A stretch of DNA of 64,000 nucleotides. Origin: a candidate division WOR-3 bacterium (lineage in GTDB: Bacteria > Hydrothermota > 32-111). Each line of letters starts with the position of its first letter. Within the stretch, counting starts at the first letter, position 1. The stretch lies in contig JBDRZU010000001.1 in the NCBI GenBank assembly GCA_039804105.1, positions 928,001 through 992,000 of the forward strand. The letters are read 5' to 3'. The notes beneath the pieces are model-generated. The model ran no database searches, was not told the origin of the DNA, and saw only the letters and a list, made by a program, of their open reading frames with translations. Positions 28,952 to 39,906 of this stretch are shown here, piece by piece. The translations under genes were made by a program, and so were the position numbers.

Positions 28952-29016
28952 ATTATAATTCAAAATGGAACCGATATCAAGGTTGGGATTGTATTTTTTA
29001 AAAAGTTAACTATATT
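28952..29016. promoter_or_regulatory. Divergent promoters for the SOR fusion (minus) and mrp (plus)
   Basis: Minus strand TTGATA, 17 nt, TATAAT; plus strand TTGTAT, 16 nt, TATATT. Confidence 0.45.
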
Positions 29017-29039
29017 AAAAAAAATGTAAAGGAGTAAAA

Positions 29040-29831
29040 ATGGAAGAAAAAAAGAAAAATCAATTCAATAAAATCAAACACAAAATTTTGATTTTAAGTG
29101 GAAAAGGTGGTGTCGGAAAAAGTACTGTATCGGTTAACATATCATCGACTCTCAAAAGTTTGGGATATAGAGTCGGACTTCTTGACATCGATTTGCATGG
29201 TCCTTCAATTTCAAAAATGGTTGGAGTTGAAAATAGTAGAATTGAAATCGATGATAATAACCTTATGAAACCTGCGGTCACAAAAGGTGGAATAAAAACT
29301 TTATCTTTATCAATGCTTGTTGAGAAATCTGATTCTCCGATAATCTGGAGAGGACCTTTAAAAATCAAAGCGATTCAACAATTCTTTGATGACGTAAATT
29401 GGGGAGAACTTGATTTTTTGATAATCGATTCTCCTCCTGGAACTGGTGATGAACCTTTAACTATTCTGCAACAGATCGAAGGGGTGACAGGAGTTGTTAT
29501 AGTAACAACACCACAGGAAGTTTCGACATCCGATGTTGCAAGATCTATAAACTTTGTAAAGATGGTTGGTGGAGAAATTCTTGGGTTAATCGAAAATATG
29601 TCATATTTTGTCTGTCCGGTATGTAAAACCGAACACAAAATATTTGGTGAAGGAGGGGGTGAAAGATTAGCAAAACGGTACAACATAGAAAATTTTGTGA
29701 AGATCCCTTTAGATAAAGAACTTGTTAAACTTTCCGATACCGGTAAACCTTATGTTGAAATATATCCCAATTCGGAGATTTATAAAATTTTTGAAAATTT
29801 CATAAAAAAAATGATCGTAAAAATCGAATGA
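29040..29831 (+). CDS. mrp: Mrp/NBP35 Fe-S carrier ATPase
   Basis: SGKGGVGKS, IWRGP, DSPPGTGD, TTPQ and ENMSYFVCPVC motifs. Confidence 0.93.
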   Translation: MEEKKKNQFNKIKHKILILSGKGGVGKSTVSVNISSTLKSLGYRVGLLDIDLHGPSISKMVGVENSRIEIDDNNLMKPAVTKGGIKTLSLSMLVEKSDSPIIWRGPLKIKAIQQFFDDVNWGELDFLIIDSPPGTGDEPLTILQQIEGVTGVVIVTTPQEVSTSDVARSINFVKMVGGEILGLIENMSYFVCPVCKTEHKIFGEGGGERLAKRYNIENFVKIPLDKELVKLSDTGKPYVEIYPNSEIYKIFENFIKKMIVKIE

Positions 29832-29837
29832 TTTTTG

Positions 29838-29866
29838 TTGACTTTAAGTTTCTTATTCAATATATT
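29838..29866 (+). promoter_or_regulatory. Sigma70-type promoter of OmpA-family gene
   Basis: TTGACT, 17 nt, TATATT. Confidence 0.55.
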
Positions 29867-29885
29867 TTTATTTGAAGGAGGATTT

Positions 29886-31775
29886 ATGAATTTAAAAAAA
29901 TCTATTTTTATTTTTTTATTCGTTATTATAACAACATTTTCAATTTTTTCAGCACCATCGATGCAATTGAACTCAGGTTACATTCATTCTCTTGATGCTA
30001 TACTAAAAGAACAGAGGTTGAACCTTGGTTTCCATTTTTATGGATCATCGAGAGATTTTCAAATACCATATATATCCACTATCGATGGAGACACACATTA
30101 TAGTTGGGATACTTACGCTTTTGCAACGGTCGCATACGGTATAGGCTATTCTTTTACGAACTGGCTTGAGGTAAACATTTATTCAACAGCACATCTTGAT
30201 GCTATCGATACACCTGAAGCAGCAGGAAGAATTGATGAAAACACAAATTATGCAAGTTACGGCTTTGGAGATACTGAAGTCGGTTTGAAGTTAACAACAG
30301 GTGGTATCTTTGGAGCAACAAAAAATGCTGACTTTGGCATATATGGTTTTTATAGGTTATCAACAGGTGATATTTATGATACATTAAAAGATAATTCATC
30401 ATCGTTTTCCATAGATTATATAAAAAATCATGGTGGAATTTTCAGACATTTTACAACGAATAGTCAGGATTTTGGAGTAAAACTATTGATCTCTTTTGTC
30501 ACTTCAACACAGGTTCCATTAGCCATAAATCTCAACGGTGGATATACAAAGTTTAACGATCTTCCTGCATCTATCTCAAATCCTGTAATGTTTGATTATT
30601 CAGGATCTTTTTCTGTCAAATTTGGATCATTCATACCATTTTTTGAAATATATGGTAATAAATATATGTTCAACAACATAAATGATGGCCGCCTTGTTCA
30701 CAATCTCACCGGTGGTGTGAGATTCGATACACCTATAGGTCTTGTGATAGATCTTGGAGCAGATTACAGAATATCTAAATTTGTCCCAGATTTAAAGCCA
30801 ACACTGAATAATACTACCGATGTTTTATATATAAATGATGGATGGGAAGGAACACCTGATTGGAAAGTGTTTTTCGGTTTAACATATTACTATGATTTCA
30901 AAAAAGAGGAAATAAAAAAAGAAGAACCCAAAACACTTATAACTGGAAAAATAATAGATGGTGAGAGTGGAAAACCTCTGTCGGCGATCATAACCTTACC
31001 CGGATATTCAGAAACATTACAGATAGTTACAGATTCAACCGGTATATATTCTGTTGAAGTAAAACCAGGCAGTATAAGAATAAAGGTTGAAAGAGAAGGA
31101 TACAAATGGCAGGAAAAGGGAATAATTATTGAAAAAGGACAAACAAAGATAGTGGATTTTGCTTTGAACAAAAAGGTTGTTGCACAGGGAATTATAACTG
31201 GAACTGTTAAAGACAAATCAACAGGAGAAAATATTAAAGCAACATTATCATTCCCGCAGACCGATATTCCATCCTTTACACCTGATCCACAGACAGGTGT
31301 TTACAGGATCAGTTTGAATCCAGGAACTTACACCCTTGCTGCAACACTCGATGGATATGTAACCTATGTCCAACCTATTGTCATAGAAGCTGATAAAACT
31401 CTGGTATTAAATATAGAGATGCTCAAAAAAGGTGGGAAGATAACTTTAAGAGGAATAAACTTTGAATCTGGAAAAGCAACTATTCTTCCTGAATCATATC
31501 CTATACTTGATGAAGCCGTTAAACTTCTCAACGACAATCCAAAGGTCAGAATAGAAGTTCAGGGACATACAGATTCTGTTGGGAGTGATAGTGCAAACCT
31601 TGTCCTATCACAGGCAAGAGCTGAAGCTGTTAGAAATTATTTGATCATGAAAGGTATAGATCCTGCAAGAATAGTCGCAAAAGGTTTTGGAGAACTTATG
31701 CCTATCGCAGATAATGCAACAAAAGAAGGAAGGGCAAAAAATAGAAGAATCGAATTTTTGATACTTGGAGAATGA
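29886..31775 (+). CDS. OmpA-family protein (barrel-like N-terminus, two carboxypeptidase-regulatory-like repeats, OmpA C-terminal domain)
   Basis: AAGGAGG SD before ATG 29886; INFESG, GHTDSVG, LSQARA and NRRIEF motifs. Confidence 0.9.
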   Translation: MNLKKSIFIFLFVIITTFSIFSAPSMQLNSGYIHSLDAILKEQRLNLGFHFYGSSRDFQIPYISTIDGDTHYSWDTYAFATVAYGIGYSFTNWLEVNIYSTAHLDAIDTPEAAGRIDENTNYASYGFGDTEVGLKLTTGGIFGATKNADFGIYGFYRLSTGDIYDTLKDNSSSFSIDYIKNHGGIFRHFTTNSQDFGVKLLISFVTSTQVPLAINLNGGYTKFNDLPASISNPVMFDYSGSFSVKFGSFIPFFEIYGNKYMFNNINDGRLVHNLTGGVRFDTPIGLVIDLGADYRISKFVPDLKPTLNNTTDVLYINDGWEGTPDWKVFFGLTYYYDFKKEEIKKEEPKTLITGKIIDGESGKPLSAIITLPGYSETLQIVTDSTGIYSVEVKPGSIRIKVEREGYKWQEKGIIIEKGQTKIVDFALNKKVVAQGIITGTVKDKSTGENIKATLSFPQTDIPSFTPDPQTGVYRISLNPGTYTLAATLDGYVTYVQPIVIEADKTLVLNIEMLKKGGKITLRGINFESGKATILPESYPILDEAVKLLNDNPKVRIEVQGHTDSVGSDSANLVLSQARAEAVRNYLIMKGIDPARIVAKGFGELMPIADNATKEGRAKNRRIEFLILGE

Positions 31776-31793
31776 CAATACTTTTAATATGTA

Positions 31794-33083
31794 TTAAAGG
31801 TAATCTTTGAAATTTTTGATCATCTTTTTCATATTCTTATGCTGAACAAGTAGTTGCTTAACCATAGCAACACTTGTTCCGCTTCCTTTTGCGATCCTTT
31901 TAATTCTGCTTTTATTGTTTAAAAGTTCTGGATTTTTTCTTTCCTCTTTTGTCATTGAGTTTATTATTGCTTCGACTTTTTTTATATTTTCTTCTTCCAT
32001 ACCCGTAAGTTTTACTTTATTCCCCACACCAGGTATCATTTTTATAATCTCAGTTAAAGGTCCCATCTTTTTTAACTGTTTGATCTGAATTAAATAATCT
32101 TCAAAATCAAATCTTCCTTCTTTCAATTTTTTTTCAATCTCTTTTGCTTCATCTTCCTTTATTAACTTTTCTGTTTTTTCTACAAGTGTTACTATGTCTC
32201 CCATCCCAAGTAACCGTGAAACAAATCTTTCTGGATAAAATTTTTCAATGTTATCTATATGTTCACCATTACATATAAATTTTATAGGTTTTTCAACAAT
32301 CTTTACAATCGTTAAAGCAGCACCACCTTTTTGATCACCATCCATCTTTGTTAGAATTATACCTGTTATGTTTACAGTTTCATTAAAGATTCTCGCACTA
32401 TTGACAGCATCCTGTCCTGTTAAAGAATCCCCTACAAAAAGTTTTTCACATGGTTTGAATCTTTGATCTATCATCCTAAGCTCTTGCATAAGTTCATCAT
32501 CTATATGTAACCTTCCCGCTGTATCGAGAATAAGTGTATCAAAACTATTTCTGTGAGAAAATTCCATAGCATCATTTATTCTTTTTATCAAGTCCTTTTC
32601 ATTCGTTTCAAAAAAACTTAAAGAGTGTTTTGTTGACAGTTGTTTGAGTTGATCATAAGCCGCGGGCCTTTTAATATCGCATGGAACAAGTAAAGGTTTT
32701 CTACCAATTTTTTGAAAAAGTTTTGCCAATTTAGCCGAAGTCGTTGTTTTTCCACTCCCCTGCAGCCCAACAAGAGCAACTACTGCTGGATTACCTTTAA
32801 AGTTAATCTCTCTTTCACCAGCAGAAAAGAGTTCAACGAGTTTGTCGTTTACACTTTTTATAATGATATGTTCGGGTTTTAAAGATTTGTATACTTCTTT
32901 TCCAACCAAATCTTCTTTCAAAGAATCTATAAACTCATTTACAATTTTATAGCTGACATCCGCTTCAAGAAGTAAAAGTTTTATCTCCCTTAAAGTGACA
33001 TTCAAATCATCTTCTGTAACTTTACCCTTGTTTTTTATTTTGGAAAAAATGTTTGTAAATTTTTCTGTCATTTTTTCAAGCAT
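31794..33083 (-). CDS. ffh: Signal recognition particle protein
   Basis: LLEADV, GLQGSGKTT, DTAGR, TKMDGD, RLLGMGD and SMTKEER motifs. Confidence 0.96.
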   Translation of the reverse strand: MLEKMTEKFTNIFSKIKNKGKVTEDDLNVTLREIKLLLLEADVSYKIVNEFIDSLKEDLVGKEVYKSLKPEHIIIKSVNDKLVELFSAGEREINFKGNPAVVALVGLQGSGKTTTSAKLAKLFQKIGRKPLLVPCDIKRPAAYDQLKQLSTKHSLSFFETNEKDLIKRINDAMEFSHRNSFDTLILDTAGRLHIDDELMQELRMIDQRFKPCEKLFVGDSLTGQDAVNSARIFNETVNITGIILTKMDGDQKGGAALTIVKIVEKPIKFICNGEHIDNIEKFYPERFVSRLLGMGDIVTLVEKTEKLIKEDEAKEIEKKLKEGRFDFEDYLIQIKQLKKMGPLTEIIKMIPGVGNKVKLTGMEEENIKKVEAIINSMTKEERKNPELLNNKSRIKRIAKGSGTSVAMVKQLLVQHKNMKKMIKNFKDYL

Positions 33084-34005
33084 CTTTTAAAACTCCTGCG
33101 CTTTTTAAAATCTCTTCAACAAGATCATCATATTTTATTCCATCATATTCAGCTTCCATAGGAAGATCGGAAAGATCCGTCATTCCTGGTATTGAATTCA
33201 CCTCAAGTTCAAAAATGTTCATATTTTGATCTATTATATAGTCAACTCTTGCAAATGATCTCATATTTAAACTTTCAAATATTACTTTTGTGCTTTCCAT
33301 CAAAGATTTTATTACTCTATTATCAACTTCAGGTGGTATCAAAAAATCGGTTTTTCCTTTTGTATATTTTGCTTCATAATCATAAAATTTGTTTTTCGGC
33401 TTCAACTGCAAAGGTGTTAATACTTTTGTTTCCCCTTTATATTCGATAACTCCAACCGTAACTTCGATTCCACCTTCAACATATTCTTCGATCAAAAAAT
33501 CATTAAATTTCAAAAAACTTTCTTTCAGACGATCCTTTGCTTTATAACTCTCTTCTATAAATGTTCCAACTGATGAACCTCCAGTATTGGGCTTTACGAT
33601 GACTTTATTCTTAAAATACTCTTCAACTATATTTTCATTCTTTTCAAAAGTTTTTTTGTTTACATATATTGACTTTAAAACGGGGATATTTAATGATTTT
33701 ACCATTTGTTGGGTAAGGTATTTATTTATCGTTAAAGATGAAGGTATAACTCCAGAACCTGTATAGGGTATTTTAAGATATTCAAGAATACCCTGAACTA
33801 AACCATCCTCACCAGGTCTTCCATGCATAACATTGAATACTTTATTAAAACCTTTTAACTTTTCTGTAAGTTTTTCATCATATTCAACTTTTATAGCATT
33901 ATAACCTTTTCTGATCAATGCATCGAAAACTCTTTGACCTGATCTTTTCGATACTTCACTCTCATTTGATGGGCCACCAAAAAGAACAGCTATCTTTTCA
34001 TCCAT
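33076..34005 (-). CDS. ddl: D-alanine--D-alanine ligase
   Basis: GGPSNESEVS, HGRPGEDG, GSSVG, FYDYEAKY and EVNSIPG motifs. Confidence 0.93.
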   Translation of the reverse strand: MDEKIAVLFGGPSNESEVSKRSGQRVFDALIRKGYNAIKVEYDEKLTEKLKGFNKVFNVMHGRPGEDGLVQGILEYLKIPYTGSGVIPSSLTINKYLTQQMVKSLNIPVLKSIYVNKKTFEKNENIVEEYFKNKVIVKPNTGGSSVGTFIEESYKAKDRLKESFLKFNDFLIEEYVEGGIEVTVGVIEYKGETKVLTPLQLKPKNKFYDYEAKYTKGKTDFLIPPEVDNRVIKSLMESTKVIFESLNMRSFARVDYIIDQNMNIFELEVNSIPGMTDLSDLPMEAEYDGIKYDDLVEEILKSAGVLKDA

Positions 34006-35023
34006 CAAGAATCTCCTTTAAAATTTTTGTTTTTTCAAAGAATTCAATTTTATAATCTTTTTGATTTTTATCAAGTATTATAAATGTTAGATGTTTTTTC
34101 AAACTCTCATCTTTTAGATCTACTTCTCCAGTTATAATAAAAGTCTTTTTCTTGAATTCTAAAGCTTTTTTTACAATCTCTCCATTTATCTTTCCTTTCA
34201 TTGATTGTTCATCGAATTTTCCCTCATTAAGTATCACAATATCAGATTCTTTCAAAATTTTTTCTATTGATATAAATTTTGATAAAAAATCCCAGCACCC
34301 AACATTTTTTCCACCAACAAATCGTGTAAAAAATCCCAATCCACCTCCACTACCTAAATATTTTTCACCAGAAATATTATACTTTTTTGCAACATAATCA
34401 AAGATCGATTTATAGAATTTTATTTCTTCTTCCTCCACACCTTTCTGCTTTAAATACAAAGATGCACCTGTTTTACCATTGAGCGGAGAAACCACATCAC
34501 AAACCGAAACAAGATTGTTTAAAGTTATGCTATTACTGGTTCTTTTAAAATCTATCAAAATTTCACTATCAGGAAATCTCAAAACTTCATAGCCAAGTAT
34601 CTTAAAAGATCCTGAGCCGATATCAAATGTTGTTGTTCCACCAATACCCAAAAAAATTTTTTTATATTTTTTATAAACTTTTTTTAAAATATATCCTATA
34701 CCGTAACTACTCCTTCTTTCTGGATTTTTGGATATATCCTTTATAGTTTTAAAACCAACAATTTTTGCACTTTCTATAAAGAGATGTCCATTATATTCAA
34801 GTGTTTCAACTTTTATTTTTTTCCCCTCAGGTGAAAATGTTTCAAAAATTTTTATTTTTGAAGAAGGATAAAAAAATTTTATGAAATTTAAAAAACCATC
34901 TCCGCCATCAGATATTGGAAGAATAAAATCTTCATTTGATCGAAAAATCTTTTTATATAATTTGGTAACATCCTCATTTGATAAGGTTCCTTTCAGAGAG
35001 TTGGTAAAAAAAACTTTTTTCAT
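33998..35023 (-). CDS. Glycerate kinase family protein (divergent)
   Basis: NSLKGTLS, ISDGGDG, SSYGIG, GIGGT, GSGGGLG and EGKFDEQSMKGK motifs. Confidence 0.75.
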   Translation of the reverse strand: MKKVFFTNSLKGTLSNEDVTKLYKKIFRSNEDFILPISDGGDGFLNFIKFFYPSSKIKIFETFSPEGKKIKVETLEYNGHLFIESAKIVGFKTIKDISKNPERRSSYGIGYILKKVYKKYKKIFLGIGGTTTFDIGSGSFKILGYEVLRFPDSEILIDFKRTSNSITLNNLVSVCDVVSPLNGKTGASLYLKQKGVEEEEIKFYKSIFDYVAKKYNISGEKYLGSGGGLGFFTRFVGGKNVGCWDFLSKFISIEKILKESDIVILNEGKFDEQSMKGKINGEIVKKALEFKKKTFIITGEVDLKDESLKKHLTFIILDKNQKDYKIEFFEKTKILKEILDG

Positions 35024-36960
35024 TTTATAAGTTTTTTAAGAAATGTAACGTTTCCAAACTGATCATAAATTTTAACCAATATTGAAAGTGTTCCTTTATA
35101 ATCAAAAGGTATATCTATAACAAATCTTTCTTCTCTGTTATCATAGATTTGATCAACAGGTAAGACCTCTTTGAAATCACTTCCATTTATTGAAACTTCC
35201 ACTTTATCTATAAAACTTGCTTCATCATAAGTTGAAAATTTTAATCTATTGTTTTGAAAAATATCATCTTTTACCTGTGGTGGAGTGTTATCGATTAAAA
35301 ATTCGCTTGATACTTTTTGATCTTTTAAAAAATCCGTGTTATCAACTGAGTCCGTTGCAACCACCTTTATTTTATAGTATCCAGTTGAGAAATTATCATA
35401 ATTGAACACAAAATAATTATCCTCTATCTGTAAAACTAAGGGATATTCGTACCTATCATCTTGAAGAAACAAAGAATATGTTAATCTGTCGCCGTCAGGA
35501 TCAAGACCTTCCCATTTGATAAATATCTTTTTCTCAAAAACTTTAAAAATGTTCTGTTCTTTCAAATCCTGATAATTTTTCTTTTTAAAACTTTTATCTA
35601 TCTTTATATTCTGTGAAATCGCATAATCAGGCAAAATTCTTGGAGGAAAAACCTCAATATTTTTAATTTTGGGTACTCTATTTTCACCTTTATAAAAGAT
35701 TTCTATTTTCTTGAAATTATCTTGATCATCGTTCAAAACAACTTTATACTGGAAACATTTTGATTTCGGAAGTTCGATATTGTATCCATTAACTATAGGG
35801 TAAAAACTCGTCCAGGTATTATCAACCTCATAGGAATCTCCAAATCTGAAAAAAACTTTTGTTTTACCTGAGATTTCTGGATAGATGGATGTTATAGATT
35901 TTGGGGAGTTGAAGTCGAAAACTCTAGAAAAAAATTCTCCTTTTCCATCATTTTCTTTAAGTCTTATAAGAGAGGGTTGTCCATCATTTCCAACAAATAC
36001 ATTTTCATCGGTACTGTAAACTGATGTCGGAAATTCAAAATCAAAACTTCCAGCAAAAAAAACAGTTTTAAAATCAAAATAGAAAATACTCGCCGGTTTA
36101 GATAGAAAAACTAAAATACCTTTTTTAAAACCTATAACCTGTGAAATGTGTGAATCGAATGAGTATAAGGTATCTATAATATTTTTATCGATTAAAACTA
36201 TATAGGACTTATATTCCTGAAAAATGGGATCTTCGCTTTTAGAAATTTTAGAGTTAATAAAAATAAAGATTTTTTCATCTTTAAAATAAAAATCTTTTAC
36301 CTCACTATCATTTGAAACAAAAATATAGTCGGTTTTTCCACCTTCATAACTTAAAAGTTTTCCATCACCTTCTGTTGAAAAGAACAAACGGTTTTTATAC
36401 TTTTTCATCTGTAAACAGTTTCTGTCGTTTACCTGAAAAAATTTTTCAAATTTATCCTTTTTGAACTCAAAGACATTTTCTCCTACAAGAGCATATATTC
36501 TTCCATCAATGGATATTATTCTATTGATACTTTTATTTCCATCCTTAAAAAGAGTATCACATTTCTTTTTATTATCAATTCTAACTATTATTCCAGATGG
36601 TTCAATTGATGCTAAAAAATTTTTTTTATCAATAACAAATATGTTTCTTACGATTTCACCTTCTCTAAATTTTACAATTGTATCTTTATTGGTTACATTG
36701 TATATGTAAGAGTTTCCTCCCGTCCCTACAATAAGATCTTGATCAAACTTTGAGATTGAGAAAATCGGATCAAAAATTTTAATATCCAATTTTTCAAGTA
36801 AAAATCCTTTTTTCACAAAATTTTCAGATACCATAACTCCATCGCGAACTTTCAATGATTTCATATTTTCGATCGGAGTATCTATCAATCTTCCTGTTTC
36901 CAGAGCAGTTAGTAGAATAATAAATGTGATCAAAATGTATAGAATAAAAAATTTTTTCAT
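35020..36960 (-). CDS. Secreted hypothetical protein (beta-propeller-like N-terminus, FN3/Ig-like C-terminus)
   Basis: Signal peptide; W...DPDGDRLTY..GYY.IKVVATD and IDNTPP motifs. Confidence 0.6.
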   Translation of the reverse strand: MKKFFILYILITFIILLTALETGRLIDTPIENMKSLKVRDGVMVSENFVKKGFLLEKLDIKIFDPIFSISKFDQDLIVGTGGNSYIYNVTNKDTIVKFREGEIVRNIFVIDKKNFLASIEPSGIIVRIDNKKKCDTLFKDGNKSINRIISIDGRIYALVGENVFEFKKDKFEKFFQVNDRNCLQMKKYKNRLFFSTEGDGKLLSYEGGKTDYIFVSNDSEVKDFYFKDEKIFIFINSKISKSEDPIFQEYKSYIVLIDKNIIDTLYSFDSHISQVIGFKKGILVFLSKPASIFYFDFKTVFFAGSFDFEFPTSVYSTDENVFVGNDGQPSLIRLKENDGKGEFFSRVFDFNSPKSITSIYPEISGKTKVFFRFGDSYEVDNTWTSFYPIVNGYNIELPKSKCFQYKVVLNDDQDNFKKIEIFYKGENRVPKIKNIEVFPPRILPDYAISQNIKIDKSFKKKNYQDLKEQNIFKVFEKKIFIKWEGLDPDGDRLTYSLFLQDDRYEYPLVLQIEDNYFVFNYDNFSTGYYKIKVVATDSVDNTDFLKDQKVSSEFLIDNTPPQVKDDIFQNNRLKFSTYDEASFIDKVEVSINGSDFKEVLPVDQIYDNREERFVIDIPFDYKGTLSILVKIYDQFGNVTFLKKLIK

Positions 36961-36961
36961 C

Positions 36962-38605
36962 CTACCTCCACAATTTTAAAACTATACTTTTGGTTCCCTT
37001 TATCACAAAATCTGTCGAAAATCTCTTAACAACAAGATTGTTCCCATTAACCATCTTTTTCCCCATCATAAGTTGTTCTTTTACAAAAGATGTCGGATAG
37101 TTAAAAAATTCAAGGTTGTTGTCTATAAAACCTTTTTCAAAAGACACCAATCTTACAATTAAACTGTTTGATGGGTTTATTTGATCTATTATGTTCTCCA
37201 GAGTTTCAATATCTTTAAAATCAAATTTTCCCGAACTTCTCGAACTTTCAAAATATAGATCATCTCCTCCTCCATTGACTGTAACCATTATTGAATCATC
37301 TTTTATATTATCAGGTATTTTAATTTCTAACTCTTTTGTCAACATCTCTTTATCATATCCTTTAAGTTTGATCAAAAGTCGTAAATTTTCTCCATTTCTA
37401 TAATATTTTTTGTCGGTTATAATATCATCTATCATAAATACAAGATTCTGTTCAACAACCTCAGATTCAATTTTGACAGAATCGATTTTGATCGTTCTAT
37501 ATATATTGTTTGTATATGCCGTAAAAAGACCCGAAATATCAAAAAACATCTGCAAAAGTATATTATCACCTGAAAACATATTTTTATACTCAAAACTTTT
37601 TTTGTTTGAACCGAAAACTTCTATTCTGTATTTAACAGAAAGATTACCACCAGATTTAAAATTTTTTGAAATCGTTGAGAGAAAGGTCAACGGAAGATAG
37701 TTCGAAATGATGTCCTTATCGTTCACTATTGAAAAATTGTATAAATTTTCGTTAACCTTCATACCGACCTTTACCATTTCAGATTTTTCCTCTCCAACAG
37801 CATAAACACCAAAAGTCCTATCCTGTTTTGCTTTTCCGACATTGTCTTTCAAAGGAAATCCCATTTTAAAAGAAATATCGTTTTTTGGTAAAATGGTATA
37901 GATGTAAGCTTCCGATACTGGGAAATCAACTTCTCCTTTTAAAGTGAATGGATGACCTAACGAATAAATATTTTTTTGATCAACATAAGTAACGGTTCCT
38001 ATAGCTGACACCTCGAAATCTCCCTCAATAAGTTTTATCGCTATCGCTTTACCTGGAATAAGTTCACTTTTTTTAGTATCTTTTATGTTTATATTGTTTC
38101 CACCAGCAATTATAGAACTTTTCGAAAAAATGTTTTGCTTTTCAGCAAGGTCTAAAACTTCATTTGAAAAACCATAAAAGACTATTGGAACAGATATTTC
38201 TTTAAACTCAAATTTTTTTTTCTTGTTCTGATTTTCATAATTTTTTATTTCTATAATTTTCTTTATCGGTATCACACCACCAACAGGTTCTTTTAAATTA
38301 TCCCATGTATAACTCAAACTTCCAGCAAGTTTTCCTTGAAAATAAACGGGACTACCACTCATACCAGCTGCAACTCCCGTTTTTTCAACATTTTCTCCGG
38401 AACATTTTACGAGTATCATTTCCATGTTCGAATCTTTCATAATATCGATTATTTCAACCTGAAAGGTGTCAATATCTGTTCCATGAAAAACTGTTGCACA
38501 ATAACCCTTCATTCCAATCCTGAGATCATTAAGATCAATAAATTCTTCAGCACAAACAAAAACAAAAAATAATAGAATCAATACAAAAAAATATTTTTTC
38601 ATCAT
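36962..38605 (-). CDS. SpoIVB-like peptidase S55 domain protein
   Basis: GMKGY..TVF.GT, GVAAGMSGSPVY, GTVT, GHPF and QDR motifs. Confidence 0.88.
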   Translation of the reverse strand: MMKKYFFVLILLFFVFVCAEEFIDLNDLRIGMKGYCATVFHGTDIDTFQVEIIDIMKDSNMEMILVKCSGENVEKTGVAAGMSGSPVYFQGKLAGSLSYTWDNLKEPVGGVIPIKKIIEIKNYENQNKKKKFEFKEISVPIVFYGFSNEVLDLAEKQNIFSKSSIIAGGNNINIKDTKKSELIPGKAIAIKLIEGDFEVSAIGTVTYVDQKNIYSLGHPFTLKGEVDFPVSEAYIYTILPKNDISFKMGFPLKDNVGKAKQDRTFGVYAVGEEKSEMVKVGMKVNENLYNFSIVNDKDIISNYLPLTFLSTISKNFKSGGNLSVKYRIEVFGSNKKSFEYKNMFSGDNILLQMFFDISGLFTAYTNNIYRTIKIDSVKIESEVVEQNLVFMIDDIITDKKYYRNGENLRLLIKLKGYDKEMLTKELEIKIPDNIKDDSIMVTVNGGGDDLYFESSRSSGKFDFKDIETLENIIDQINPSNSLIVRLVSFEKGFIDNNLEFFNYPTSFVKEQLMMGKKMVNGNNLVVKRFSTDFVIKGTKSIVLKLWR

Positions 38606-39906
38606 ACTCCTTTTATATATTTTATGAGTTCTATTTTTTCAATATTTTTATCACTTTCTTCTATCTTAAATGAATTCTTTAAAATCTCAACACTTTCATG
38701 ATAATCATGTTTTCCAACAAAGATTTCAAATATTAGATCACCCTTTGATACTCTTTCCTTTATCTTTTTATAAACTTTCAGTCCAGTTTTATGATCTATA
38801 CTGTCCTCTTTTCTGAATCTTCCCGCTTTAAGATGGATAAGTGCTATTCCTATTTTGTAAGTATCAAAATAAGAGATGTATCCATCTTTATCTGAATATA
38901 TTTTTACAGAATTTTGATAGAAGAGATCTTCGCTTTCTAACTTATCAGTGTTTCCACCTTGAGCGGAAACTATTTTTAAAAAGGTTTCATAAGCGTATCC
39001 TTTTTTTATTACATCCTTTACTTTTTCAATTCTATCTTCACAACTTGTTCCAATACCATTTTTTTCCATTAAAAGAACTGCCATCGCTTTAACAAGTTTA
39101 AAAACATCATTTTCAAGTTCACCTTTAAGAATTTTTAATGATTCATAAATTTCACATCCATTTCCAGCATATTCGCCTAAAACCTGTGACATATCAGTTA
39201 TAAGGTAAACCATTTTTTTATTGAACATTTCTCCAATAGAAAACATATTATCAGCTAGTTTTTTGGCATCATCAAAAGTTTTCATAAAAGCACCATTTCC
39301 ACATTTAATATCAAGTATCAACGAATCAATCCCTTCCGCAAGCTTTTTGCTCATTATTGACGATGTAATAAGAGGTATTGATTCAACTGTTCCTGTTACA
39401 TCTCTCAACGAATAGAGAAGTTTATCTGCTGGAACAAAATTTTCTGTTTGACCTCCAAAACCTCCACCTATCTTTTCTACCATATCATACATTTTTTCTC
39501 TACTCAAAAAAACATTCATTCCCTCTATAGATTCAAGTTTATCGAGTGTTCCTCCTGTATGTCCGAGTCCACGTCCTGAAACCATTGGAACTTTAAACCC
39601 AAGCGAAACAAGGACTGGAAGAAGGGGAATTGAAACTTTATCACCAACCCCACCTGTTGAATGTTTATCAACCTTTAATCCTTCAATATTTGAAAAATCA
39701 TACTTATACCCAGAATCCATCATTATTTCAGTTAAAACTTTTGTTTCAAGATCAGAAAAACCTTTCAAAAAGCCCGCCATCAAAAATGCTGACATCTGAT
39801 AATCAGCAATTTTTCCTTCAATATAACCTTTTATAAGAAAATCTAATTCATCCTTTGTCAATTCATTTCCATCCCTTTTCTTTTTAATAATCTCTACTGG
39901 ATTCAT
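38602..39906 (-). CDS. pdp: Pyrimidine-nucleoside/thymidine phosphorylase
   Basis: DKHSTGGVGDK, SGRGLGHTGGTLDKLES and SSIMSKK motifs. Confidence 0.95.
   Translation of the reverse strand: MNPVEIIKKKRDGNELTKDELDFLIKGYIEGKIADYQMSAFLMAGFLKGFSDLETKVLTEIMMDSGYKYDFSNIEGLKVDKHSTGGVGDKVSIPLLPVLVSLGFKVPMVSGRGLGHTGGTLDKLESIEGMNVFLSREKMYDMVEKIGGGFGGQTENFVPADKLLYSLRDVTGTVESIPLITSSIMSKKLAEGIDSLILDIKCGNGAFMKTFDDAKKLADNMFSIGEMFNKKMVYLITDMSQVLGEYAGNGCEIYESLKILKGELENDVFKLVKAMAVLLMEKNGIGTSCEDRIEKVKDVIKKGYAYETFLKIVSAQGGNTDKLESEDLFYQNSVKIYSDKDGYISYFDTYKIGIALIHLKAGRFRKEDSIDHKTGLKVYKKIKERVSKGDLIFEIFVGKHDYHESVEILKNSFKIEESDKNIEKIELIKYIKGV

Noticed and set aside
28946..28965. PerR/Fur-like box (AATTATAATT) upstream of the SOR fusion
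   Set aside because: It is a short AT-only palindrome that coincides with the -10 element, so it cannot be distinguished from background.
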